Assembly: GCA_963723845.1 (NCBI GenBank)
Contig: CAVRSO010000105.1
Coordinates: 57,307 to 121,306, forward strand
Source of the DNA: an uncultured Acidobacteriota bacterium
Lineage (GTDB): Bacteria; Acidobacteriota; Terriglobia; Acidiferrales; UBA7541
Length of the DNA: 64,000 bases
Direction: 5' to 3'
The notes beneath the pieces were generated by a model that did no database searches, had not been told where the DNA came from, and worked only from the letters and a program-made list of their open reading frames with translations. The position numbers and the translations under genes were made by a program. Positions 38,162 to 46,763 of this stretch are shown here, piece after piece. Every line of letters starts with the position of its first letter. Position 1 is the stretch's first letter.

Positions 38162-39411
38162 TTGCGCACCTCCACGGAGCGTGCGTGCGCTTCCAGGCCT
38201 TCTGCTCGCGCGAATTCCGCAACCACCGGCGCGAGACGCGCGACGCCGCGGCGCGATACTTCCTGCACGCTAATACACTTCACGAAATCCGAAACCGAAA
38301 GGCCGCCCCGGCTGCGCGCCGCACCTCCCGTGGGCAGCACGTGGTTGGTGCCGCTCGCGTAATCGCCGAAAGATTGTGCACTCCAACCTCCAAGGAAAAT
38401 ACTCCCGGCCGAGTCGATTTTCGCGAGCAAGCCGTTCGTACCGCCCGGCAGACTCAAATGCTCCGGCGCGAATAGGTTTATGAATTCCACGGCGGCTCCC
38501 AGGTTCGGCGCGATCAGCACAGCGCCATTCTTGGCCAGCGATCTCGACGCGAGATTCGTTTTAGGCAATTCTGCAAGCTGCCGGTCGATCTCGCCGGTCA
38601 CGGAACGGGCCAGCGCCGAAGATGTAGTGACAAATAGGGAAATCGCGTCAGGATCGTGCTCGGCCTGCGCAATCAAATCCGAGGCGATGAATCGCGGATT
38701 CCCTCGCGTGGCGAATACCAGCGCCTCGGTCGGTCCTGCCAGCATGTCGATCGCGCAGTCACCGCTGACGATTCTTTTCGCCGCGGTTACGAACCGATTC
38801 CCCGGGCCGAAGATTTTGCCCACGCGCGGAATCGAGCGCGTCCCATAGGCAAGTGCGGCGATTGCCTGCGCGCCACCGATTTTTGCGATGCGTCGCACGC
38901 CAAGCCGCTCCGCCGCTGCTAGTAACTGCGGACCAGGCTGCGGGCTTGCCACTACGATTTCGCGCACACCCGCTTCTTGCGCGGGAATCACGGTCATTAG
39001 CAGCGTGGAAACCAGCGAAAATCGCCCGCCCGGAAGATAGCAGCCGATGGTATTGATTGCGCGCACGCGCTGGCCGGCACGCACGCCGGGTTCGACGTTT
39101 ATCGTCCATTCCTGTGGCTTCTGGCGACGCGCTACGGCCCGAATATTCCGTGCCGCGTGATCCACCGCCGCAAGAAATTCGCGCGAGACTGCCTTGCGGG
39201 CGCTGGACAATTCCGAACGCGACACCCAGACACTTCTCGAATTGAGCGCCAGGCGGTCCAGACGCTTTGTCCATGCAAATAGCGCCGCATCTCCCCGCCG
39301 GCGCACGTCATTCACAATACGTCCGGCAACGCGCGCGGCCTCGCGGCTGCTCGCGCCTCGCGACGCCAAGAGCTTCTTCGCCGTCGCATCTGTAAGTTGC
39401 AGAACGCGCAT
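38158..39411 (-). CDS. hisD: Histidinol dehydrogenase
   Basis: IAQAEHDPDA, PEHL and GDYASGTNHVLPT motifs. Confidence 0.9.
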   Translation of the reverse strand: MRVLQLTDATAKKLLASRGASSREAARVAGRIVNDVRRRGDAALFAWTKRLDRLALNSRSVWVSRSELSSARKAVSREFLAAVDHAARNIRAVARRQKPQEWTINVEPGVRAGQRVRAINTIGCYLPGGRFSLVSTLLMTVIPAQEAGVREIVVASPQPGPQLLAAAERLGVRRIAKIGGAQAIAALAYGTRSIPRVGKIFGPGNRFVTAAKRIVSGDCAIDMLAGPTEALVFATRGNPRFIASDLIAQAEHDPDAISLFVTTSSALARSVTGEIDRQLAELPKTNLASRSLAKNGAVLIAPNLGAAVEFINLFAPEHLSLPGGTNGLLAKIDSAGSIFLGGWSAQSFGDYASGTNHVLPTGGAARSRGGLSVSDFVKCISVQEVSRRGVARLAPVVAEFARAEGLEAHARSVEVRK

Positions 39412-40283
39412 TAGTACACGACCTTGTTCAGCGGGTACTCAACGATCCCCTCGGCCCCGGCAGCTTTCAGCTTGGGAATCAATTGCCGGACCATCTTTTC
39501 CTCAACGATGGTGTTGATTGCGAGCCATCCAGGATCGCTCAACTGCGCGATGGTTGGATTTCGTAGGGCTGGCAACGCCCCGAGCACCTTGTCCAGGTCT
39601 TCACGCCGCAAATTCAACATCAGTCCCACGCGGTTGTAGGCCTTGATCGCGCCATCGAGAAGCATCGCCATGTTTGAAATCTTCTCGCGTTTCCAGGAGT
39701 CGCTCCACGCAGCGCGGTTGGCGATAAACCACGTAGCGGATTCGAGCAGCGTATCGAGCACTCGCAAGTGATTCGCGCGCAGCGACGAACCGGTCTCCGT
39801 AACTTCCACAATCGCATCCGCGAGCTGCGGCACCTTCACTTCCGTGGCGCCCCAGGAAAATTCAACGCGCGCTTTCACGCCATGCTTCGCCAGATATTTT
39901 TCCGTCATGCGCACGGCTTCCGTCGCGATCACTTTCCCTTCGAGATCGCGGACGTTTTGCATCGGCGAATCCTCGGCGACGGCCAGAACCCAGCGCACGC
40001 GCCCAAGACTCGTCTTCGAGTACACCAATTCGGCCACTTCCTCAATTTCCGCGCCAGTCTCGAGTATCCAATCCTTGCCGGTTAGCCCCGCGTCCAGCGC
40101 ACCGCTTTCCACATAACGCGCCATTTCCTGCGCGCGCACCATCATGCACTCGATCTCCGGATCGTCTATGCCGGGATAATAGCTGCGCGAGTTGACCGAA
40201 ATCCGCCATCCGGCCTTGGCGAAAAGCTCCACGGTAGAGTCTTGCAAACTGCCCTTGGGGATGCCGAGCTTCAGGCGGCTCAT
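39411..40283 (-). CDS. hisG: ATP phosphoribosyltransferase (long form)
   Basis: [33 protein letters not shown] and a C-terminal regulatory domain. TAATG overlap with hisD. Confidence 0.9.
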   Translation of the reverse strand: MSRLKLGIPKGSLQDSTVELFAKAGWRISVNSRSYYPGIDDPEIECMMVRAQEMARYVESGALDAGLTGKDWILETGAEIEEVAELVYSKTSLGRVRWVLAVAEDSPMQNVRDLEGKVIATEAVRMTEKYLAKHGVKARVEFSWGATEVKVPQLADAIVEVTETGSSLRANHLRVLDTLLESATWFIANRAAWSDSWKREKISNMAMLLDGAIKAYNRVGLMLNLRREDLDKVLGALPALRNPTIAQLSDPGWLAINTIVEEKMVRQLIPKLKAAGAEGIVEYPLNKVVY

Positions 40284-40669
40284 TGCTTTCTCACCTGGCC
40301 GTAAAGTTCCTCGGGAGAGATCATCCGCTCTTCCACGATGCTGGCCCCGCCATCGCGCGCGATACGCCGGAAAAAGCAGCTGCGGTAACCCTCATGGCAT
40401 ACCGCGCCGCCTTCCAGTTCTGCGCGCACTAACAGCGCATCCTGGTCGCAATCGGTTCGCAGTTCGCGCAGCAGGAGCTTCTGCCCGCTGGTTTCGCCCT
40501 TAGTCCACAGCTTTTTGCGCGAGCGGCTGTAAAACGTAACGAATCCGGTTTCCTGCGTCTTTGCCAGCGCTTCGCGGTTCATGAATCCGAGCATCAAGAC
40601 TTCGCCATTTGCGTGGTCCTGCACGATTGCGGGTATCAATCCGTTTTCCTTCTCGAAATCGAGCTCCAT
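40280..40669 (-). CDS. hisI: Phosphoribosyl-AMP cyclohydrolase (monofunctional, no HisE domain)
   Basis: [18 protein letters not shown]...[10 protein letters not shown]...DCDQDALL...CH. The ATG at 40669 has an AGGAG SD. The ORF-track start at 40705 lies inside the terminator and is rejected. Confidence 0.85.
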   Translation of the reverse strand: MELDFEKENGLIPAIVQDHANGEVLMLGFMNREALAKTQETGFVTFYSRSRKKLWTKGETSGQKLLLRELRTDCDQDALLVRAELEGGAVCHEGYRSCFFRRIARDGGASIVEERMISPEELYGQVRKQ

Positions 40670-40680
40670 TTTTTCTCCTG

Positions 40681-40720
40681 AAAAACAAAAAGCCCGCGGG
40701 CGCATTCCGCGCCAGCGGGC
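40681..40720 (-). terminator. Strong intrinsic terminator immediately upstream of hisI (attenuator terminator)
   Basis: On the minus strand, GCCCGCTGGCGC-GGAAT-GCGCCCGCGGGC (12-bp stem, one mismatch) is followed by TTTTTGTTTTT. The U-tract ends 12 nt before the hisI ATG. Confidence 0.7.
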
Positions 40721-40747
40721 CGATGAGTGCAGCTATTCTTGCTTCAG

Positions 40748-40816
40748 CTAGCCACACCGCCGCGGGCACGGTTTCACGTGACGGTGATGGCTATCATGCG
40801 CCCGCAGCAGTTTCAT
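40748..40816 (-). promoter_or_regulatory. Candidate his leader peptide uORF (22 codons, His-enriched)
   Basis: ATG AAA CTG CTG CGG GCG CAT GAT AGC CAT CAC CGT CAC GTG AAA CCG TGC CCG CGG CGG TGT GGC TAG translates to MKLLRAHDSHHRHVKPCPRRCG. Four His codons fall within a 7-codon window. Two segments are complementary to the terminator 3' arm. No clear SD. TTGACA (40855-40850) and CATAAT (40834-40829) lie upstream with a short 15-nt spacer. Confidence 0.4.
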
Positions 40817-40923
40817 AACGTCTTTGAAATTATGATACCCCGCCGCCTTTGTCAAGCGTGGACTCCCGTAAGTATAGAAAAATGACGATGCCTGTAATTT
40901 CGGATTGCGGAATGCCAGAGCGT

Positions 40924-42024
40924 TCATTCGTACGCGAGAGCTTCGACAGGATCCTTGCGGCTTGCAAGCCATGCGGGATAGGAGGCGCCAAGCAGACCTC
41001 CAGAGACTGCGATCATGCCCGCGAGTAAAATCCATTTCAAGGTGATCAGAATGGTTAGCGAAGGGAAAGCTTGCAGGACAACGTATCGCACCAGGAAGCT
41101 CAGGCCAATTCCGCCGACAACACCTGCCAGGCACATCAGGGTTGTCTCGCTAAGAATAGCCTCCACAATGTAGCTCTTCGAGGCCCCCAGCGATTTTAGA
41201 ACCCCGATCTCGCGGGTCCTTTCCACGATGGTCGTATACATCGAAAGGAAAGTGACCAGGAATCCGATACAGACGGCTATGGCGATCATTACGTTGATGA
41301 AAGTGGACAGGCCTGGAAGGTTGGACGACGTCATTTGCGAGAAGAAATCCTTGAGCGGCCGAATCTCGTAGCGGGGGAGCAGGCCGCTGATTTCATCCGT
41401 CACGGCGGGCGTGTGGTCCGACCGGTCGCATTTGATGAAGAATGCTGACGCTTTGTCGCGTGCGCCGGACATTTCCTGAAGCGTGGACATTTCGACGAAA
41501 AGGCGCGCACCCTTCCCGTGCTCCACGATGCCCGCTAAATGGAAGTCGTGTTCGAGTATTCGGATCGTGTCTCCAACTTTCAGTTTTTTCGCCCGCGCGT
41601 AAATATCGTCCACGAGGATGTCGTTCGGGTTTTGCAGGAGTGTGCCTGAATACTGTGTGAAGCCCCCGGAAACCGCTCGAAACGTATCAGACTGAATGCC
41701 GTAAACCAGGTCGAAGCCATTCACGGAATTAAATTGCACCAGCACGGGGGCCACGGCTTGCACGTAATCGAGTTGCCGCAATTTGTCGGCGATAGCGATG
41801 GGCATCGGAGCGCCGCTGAAAGCCATGAAGATCGAAGCAGAAGGAGGCTGGACCATAATATCCGCGCCGATACCTTCGGTGCGCTTGGCGGATTCGGTAA
41901 GAAGGCCGCTCGTAAGTCCCACCACGATGATTACGAGCGTAACTTCCACCGCCACGCCTATAACCGTAATAATCGTGCGCACGGGACGGTGCATGGCGTT
42001 CCGCAAGATCATGTGCCCGATCAC
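40924..42024 (-). CDS. ABC transporter permease, FtsX/MacB/LolE type (no adjacent ATPase)
   Basis: N-terminal TM, ~230-aa periplasmic domain, then three C-terminal TMs. Includes ERTREIGVLKSLGASKSYI typical of the FtsX family. Confidence 0.8.
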   Translation of the reverse strand: MIGHMILRNAMHRPVRTIITVIGVAVEVTLVIIVVGLTSGLLTESAKRTEGIGADIMVQPPSASIFMAFSGAPMPIAIADKLRQLDYVQAVAPVLVQFNSVNGFDLVYGIQSDTFRAVSGGFTQYSGTLLQNPNDILVDDIYARAKKLKVGDTIRILEHDFHLAGIVEHGKGARLFVEMSTLQEMSGARDKASAFFIKCDRSDHTPAVTDEISGLLPRYEIRPLKDFFSQMTSSNLPGLSTFINVMIAIAVCIGFLVTFLSMYTTIVERTREIGVLKSLGASKSYIVEAILSETTLMCLAGVVGGIGLSFLVRYVVLQAFPSLTILITLKWILLAGMIAVSGGLLGASYPAWLASRKDPVEALAYE

Positions 42025-42983
42025 GGCTTCGTCCCCTCTGAAGATGCATCCGGGACTTTTGCTGGCTGGGAGCTTTCGCCGACGTTCACAAGTTCCGCAG
42101 CGGGCGGTTTTTTCAGCACGAAGCGATCGTCCGGCAGCGGCTCATTGAATGTCGCCTTTGTGATGCCGATCTGAAGTTTGTAGTCGTTGGCCGGCCTGCT
42201 AAGCCCGATTTGGCGAGGATAGTTCACGGACTCAAACGTATCCCAGCCAGTATAGCGAATGTCGGAGGCGATCTTGCCCCCCGAGTCGTAAGTTTGAAGG
42301 CGGGATACTTTCAGGTTGCTGCGGTCAAACCAGATCTTGCGCGCTATTTCCCAATCCGTTCTGCGGGAGGATTCGGATGACGCGCCGTCGGAATGTCTGG
42401 CGATACGGACGATCGTCAACACGTAGTATTGCCCGTCCGCTTCGCTTGCATTTTCCATCAGCACCGGAGCGCTATCCGGAACAGGCGGCCAGAAGATCGC
42501 GCTCGTCAGATGTTGGGGGCGCAGATTCTCGATGGGTTTTACCGAAGGTCGCTCCAGATTCGCCGGTCCTGTAAGGAACTTATTCTGGGACGGAATGAAA
42601 ATGTTAAATGTTTGCCCATCGCTTTCCATGTCGAAAATATTTGTGCCGACAACGGGGGCCTGCCCGATCACGCGGATCTTCGAAGGCTTTTCCGCTAGAA
42701 TGAATCCGCTCACCTGGTGGTATTGCTTAATCACGCCGCTGTAGGCTGATCCCGCAGTCAGAGTCATCGTGATCGACGCGTTGATCGATTTCACCGCGTC
42801 CGCTTCACGGTTGTATTGCGTGATTAGATCTTCCTGGGTGGCTGTCTGGAGCGGCGCCGGAGGACCCGTGGGCTTTTTCGCAATGGGCTGGTTCATCGCG
42901 CAACCGGAGAAAAGTAGCCAGGAAGCGATTGAGATGAGCCAAGGGACGCGCAGCCACGTCCGATAAGTTCTCGTGGTGAGCAC
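42021..42983 (-). CDS. Lipoprotein, LolA/LolB-fold-like (outer-membrane lipoprotein-sorting family)
   Basis: Lipobox LLFSGC. The pattern KSINASITMTLTAG...GFILAEKPSKIRVIG...IFDMESDGQTFNIFIPSQNKF resembles LolA-like domains. 4-nt overlap with the permease gene. Confidence 0.5.
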   Translation of the reverse strand: MLTTRTYRTWLRVPWLISIASWLLFSGCAMNQPIAKKPTGPPAPLQTATQEDLITQYNREADAVKSINASITMTLTAGSAYSGVIKQYHQVSGFILAEKPSKIRVIGQAPVVGTNIFDMESDGQTFNIFIPSQNKFLTGPANLERPSVKPIENLRPQHLTSAIFWPPVPDSAPVLMENASEADGQYYVLTIVRIARHSDGASSESSRRTDWEIARKIWFDRSNLKVSRLQTYDSGGKIASDIRYTGWDTFESVNYPRQIGLSRPANDYKLQIGITKATFNEPLPDDRFVLKKPPAAELVNVGESSQPAKVPDASSEGTKP

Positions 42984-43126
42984 TACAAGCGAACTTATCA
43001 GTCGGCTTGGAGAGTGTCAACGAAGCGCCGCGATGCTCGCTCCGTTGGATATGTGAAATCGGCCAAGGAAATGAGGAGCTTCGACCGCAGTCTGAAGCTC
43101 CTCGGACCGTTAGTTGTAGGCGTCTT

Positions 43127-43774
43127 TTACTTCTTTGCAGCAGTGTAGTTTTGGGCGACTTGCTCCCAGTTAATCAGGTTCCACCATGCCTCGATATATT
43201 CCGGACGGCGGTTCTGATATTTCAGGTAGTAGGCATGCTCCCAAACGTCGAGGCCAAAAAATCCCTTGCCTCCATCCAAAATCGGATTGTCCTGATTCGC
43301 AGTCGACTCGATGGCCAGCTTGCCATCTCGGAACAGCAGCCAGGCCCATCCTGATCCAAATCGCGTCGTAGCCGCCTGATTGAATTTCGTCTTGAATTCG
43401 GCGAAAGTGCCAAACGTCTTCTTGATAGCATCGGCAAGTTCGCCCGAGGGCTCGCCTCCGCCGCCCTTTTTCATAATCTTCCAGAACATCGAGTGATTCA
43501 TATGGCCGCCGCCATTATTGCGTACCGCCGTGCGAATGTTCTCTGGAACCTTGCCGATCTGCGCGAGCAGTTCGTCCACAGTGAGCCTTTGGAGGTCAGC
43601 GTGGCCTTCGAGAGCTTTGTTCAAGTTTGTGACGTATGCGCCGTGATGTTTATCGTGATGAATTTCCATCGTCTTCGCGTCAATGTAAGGCTCGAGCGCG
43701 TCGAAGGAGTACGGCAGGGGTGGCAAAGTGTGGCTCATTTGGGGAGCGGCTCCTTGTGCGGATGTCGAACTCAT
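43127..43774 (-). CDS. Fe/Mn-family superoxide dismutase
   Basis: [25 protein letters not shown] and [17 protein letters not shown] 6 nt before the ATG at 43774. An internal MSHTLP start at 43738 is also possible. Confidence 0.9.
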   Translation of the reverse strand: MSSTSAQGAAPQMSHTLPPLPYSFDALEPYIDAKTMEIHHDKHHGAYVTNLNKALEGHADLQRLTVDELLAQIGKVPENIRTAVRNNGGGHMNHSMFWKIMKKGGGGEPSGELADAIKKTFGTFAEFKTKFNQAATTRFGSGWAWLLFRDGKLAIESTANQDNPILDGGKGFFGLDVWEHAYYLKYQNRRPEYIEAWWNLINWEQVAQNYTAAKK

Positions 43775-43879
43775 TATCTACCTCCTGAATTTCCGGTTCC
43801 TACCCCATAATTATACGCGCGTTGCAGGAAGCGGTGGAACAGGCGCCTTGGATTAATCGAGTATCTCAGAGGAGGCTCC

Positions 43880-44584
43880 ATGCCGTCCCACGAGCACGTC
43901 GAAAAGCACTTTACCGCCACGGCAGCCGTGCGGGATATCGTGATAGGAATGTCCGACGGTCTCACCGTCCCCTTCGCTCTCGCCGCGGGGCTCACTGGCG
44001 CTGCTGCGGCTCTCTCCCGCGGCAACACCATTATCGTTACCGCCGGCTTCGCCGAAATAGCCGCCGGCTCAATCGCGATGGGACTCGGCGGATATTTGGC
44101 GGCCAAGACGGACTCGGAACACTACGCATCCGAGCTTGATCGCGAATATCTGGAGACGGTTGAACTCCCCGAGATCGAAACCGAGGAGGTGGCAAAGGTC
44201 TTTCGCGACTACGGCCTGTCCGAGGCGCAGATGGCTCCGATCGTTGCCACCATTACTTCAAACCAGAAAAGATGGGTGGATTTCATGATGCGCTTCGAAC
44301 TGGGTCTCGAGCCGCCCGATCCTGCCCGTGCTGGCCGGAGCGCCGGAACCATCGCAGCATCCTACGTCGTCGGCGGTTTGATTCCTCTCGCGCCCTACAT
44401 TTTGATGGCGAATATCCGGCCCGCGCTTTGGACCTCGGTGACGGTCACTTTGCTCGCGCTTCTCGTCTTCGGAGCAATCAAGGCTCACTACACGGGCGTC
44501 AAACCGGTGCGTGGAGCTATCCAGACCGCCCTCGTCGGCGGGCTCGCCGCTGCTGCCGCGTTCTTCATAGCACGGCTCGTTTAA
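43880..44584 (+). CDS. VIT1/CCC1-family iron/manganese transporter
   Basis: GMSDGLTVPFALAAGL, a central acidic cytoplasmic helix region, and five TM segments. Confidence 0.75.
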   Translation: MPSHEHVEKHFTATAAVRDIVIGMSDGLTVPFALAAGLTGAAAALSRGNTIIVTAGFAEIAAGSIAMGLGGYLAAKTDSEHYASELDREYLETVELPEIETEEVAKVFRDYGLSEAQMAPIVATITSNQKRWVDFMMRFELGLEPPDPARAGRSAGTIAASYVVGGLIPLAPYILMANIRPALWTSVTVTLLALLVFGAIKAHYTGVKPVRGAIQTALVGGLAAAAAFFIARLV

Positions 44585-44826
44585 GGACGCCGCCCGCGAG
44601 CTTCCTGGTCTGAACTGATTCAGCAACAGAAACAGCCGCGCCACCCTATTCACAGAGCCCGCATCTATTATAATAGTGACCAGGCAGAATCCCTGGGTTG
44701 GGACGAAACCAAGGGATGTCCTGAGCAGCGAGTTCGCCTTCTGGGCGCATCTATAATACCGAGCGCAAATGCTGTTGGCGCCTTAACATTGCAGCGCCGT
44801 CCGCGACTCCGAAAGGAAGAAATCTC

Positions 44827-46323
44827 ATGAGCAGCCATTTACACATTCCTCGTTGGGTAGCCACGCTCGCCGTTCTCACCGCCGTAATCATCGGCGGGGT
44901 AATTGCGATAGGGCTAAAGGACTGGACGGGCAAGGACGTCTTCGGCGCACCCAAGCTCGCCGTCACGCTGGCGCGCGATCCGGCTCCCGTTCCACTCGGA
45001 AACTTCACGAACGGTTTCGCCTCCGTGTTGAAACCAGCCTTGCCGGCAGTGGTTAATATTCACAGCTCGAAAGTCGTGAAGAACCGCCAACAAACGATGC
45101 CATTTTTTAACGACCCGATGTTTCGGCAATTTTTCGGCCAGCAGTTCGGCCCTGAGCAGCCTCAGTCCGAACGCGAGCAGAGCCTGGGCTCCGGCGTCAT
45201 CATCACCTCAGATGGAACCATCGTCACCAACAATCACGTGATTGACGGCGCCACCGACATCAAGGTTGATCTACCCGATAAGCGCGAGTTCAAAGCCAAG
45301 GTCATCGGTACCGATGCGAAAACCGACATTGCGGTTTTGAAAATCGACGCCACGGGCCTGCCGACTCTACGCCTGGGGGATTCCTCCAAACTCCATGTAG
45401 GAGATGTCATCTTCGCGATCGGCGACCCCTTCGCAGTGGGTGAGACAGCCACCATGGGTATCGTCAGCGCGACCGGCGTAGGTGGAAATCTCGGAATCGA
45501 GAATTATGAGGACTTTATTCAGACTGATGCCGCCATCAATCCAGGAAACTCTGGCGGTGCCATGATCGACTTGCATGGCGATCTGATCGGTATCAACACC
45601 GCCATCCTCACAGGTGGTGGTGGCGGGAATCAAGGAATTGGCTTTGCCATTCCTATCAATATGGCGCACTCCGTGATGGATCAGATCGTCAGCCACGGCA
45701 AAGTCGTCAGGGGCTATCTTGGCCTGCTGCCTCAGGACGTTTCGCCGACACTGGCTAAACAGTTCAACGTCAATCGGCCTGGCGGTGCGCTTGTGGGTCA
45801 GGTGGAACCGGATACACCGGCCGCCAAGGCTGGTCTGAGGCGAGGAGACGTGATCCTCAGTCTGAATGGTCAGCCTGTCAATTCGGCAAATGACCTGCGC
45901 CTGCGCATCTCCCAAACTGCTCCCGGGAGTTCTGTGAAGTTGGGGGTTTCGCGCGACGGCAAAATGCAAGACGTTAGCGTGACCCTGGGCGAATTGCCGC
46001 CTGATAAAGTCGCGCAACAGGGCGCCGGCAAGGAAAGTCCGGGTGGTCTCGAAGGTGTCGAAGTGCAAGGCCTGACCCCCGATATCGCTCAGCAGCTCCA
46101 GTTGCCTGCCGGCACCAAAGGTGTCGTGGTTACCTCAGTCGATCCGTCCAGTCCGGCGGCCTCCGAACTGAATCGCGGAGACGTCATCCAGGAAGTCAAC
46201 CACAAGCCTGTGTCGAACGGCCAGGAGTACAGGCAAGCCATCGCTGCGGCAGGAAATCAACCAGTGTTGCTACTGGTCAACCGGGGTGGCGCAACGCAGT
46301 ACGTCGTGATTGAGCCGCACTGA
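44827..46323 (+). CDS. htrA: Periplasmic serine endoprotease DegP/HtrA (two PDZ domains)
   Basis: Catalytic triad context TNNHVI, DIAVLKI and GNSGGAM. Two PDZ-like segments (GALVGQVEPDTPAAKAGLRRGDVI and GVVVTSVDPSSPAA..LNRGDVI). Confidence 0.9.
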   Translation: MSSHLHIPRWVATLAVLTAVIIGGVIAIGLKDWTGKDVFGAPKLAVTLARDPAPVPLGNFTNGFASVLKPALPAVVNIHSSKVVKNRQQTMPFFNDPMFRQFFGQQFGPEQPQSEREQSLGSGVIITSDGTIVTNNHVIDGATDIKVDLPDKREFKAKVIGTDAKTDIAVLKIDATGLPTLRLGDSSKLHVGDVIFAIGDPFAVGETATMGIVSATGVGGNLGIENYEDFIQTDAAINPGNSGGAMIDLHGDLIGINTAILTGGGGGNQGIGFAIPINMAHSVMDQIVSHGKVVRGYLGLLPQDVSPTLAKQFNVNRPGGALVGQVEPDTPAAKAGLRRGDVILSLNGQPVNSANDLRLRISQTAPGSSVKLGVSRDGKMQDVSVTLGELPPDKVAQQGAGKESPGGLEGVEVQGLTPDIAQQLQLPAGTKGVVVTSVDPSSPAASELNRGDVIQEVNHKPVSNGQEYRQAIAAAGNQPVLLLVNRGGATQYVVIEPH

Positions 46324-46342
46324 GTAATAGGACTTCGAGAGT

Positions 46343-46378
46343 CCAGCGAGGCGCCCAACGGAGGGGCGTTCTCGCTGG
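46343..46378. terminator. GC-rich hairpin between convergent htrA and a small ORF (no U-tract)
   Basis: CCAGCGAG-GCGCCC...GGGCG-TT-CTCGCTGG. Confidence 0.3.
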
Positions 46379-46379
46379 C

Positions 46380-46640
46380 TCACGCGTAAGGGACCTTGGC
46401 AAGCCATTTGCACAGATTCATGTATTCTCTGGTCGCGCGGAAGGGTTTAGCTTTCAGGTCTGTTTTAAATTGGAATAGCTCCCATTCTCCGTGCGAAATT
46501 GGGAATCCGGGATGAAGAACTGCGCAACGATCACCTGCAGCGTCCCAGTAACCTTGAGCACCGGGTTCGCTCGCGTTGGTTCCGGGATGGCTTTCAACGA
46601 TCCTGAAACCAGAGATCGTATTGGTTATCGCTTTCAACAC
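46380..46640 (-). CDS. Hypothetical small protein (weak call)
   Basis: 86-aa ORF in an otherwise unassigned 440-bp gap. Composition is not typical of GC-shadow ORFs. No motif recognised. Confidence 0.3.
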   Translation of the reverse strand: MLKAITNTISGFRIVESHPGTNASEPGAQGYWDAAGDRCAVLHPGFPISHGEWELFQFKTDLKAKPFRATREYMNLCKWLAKVPYA

Positions 46641-46763
46641 CCTTGGGATTAGAATGGTACGTGAGTTCTATTCGCCCCGGCCCTTCGCTTTAGTACTAGT
46701 AAGTTGGGGGTTATTTGTGCGTCCGAATCTCCCTTACATCAAGGCGTTGCGGGGTGAAACATC

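Noticed and set aside
44660-44760. Two near-identical GCATCTAT(TA)TAATA boxes upstream of htrA as tandem promoters
   Set aside because: Neither has a plausible -35 at 16-18 nt; the best candidate, TTCACA, has a 14-nt spacer. They cannot be distinguished from chance AT-rich hexamers without TSS data.
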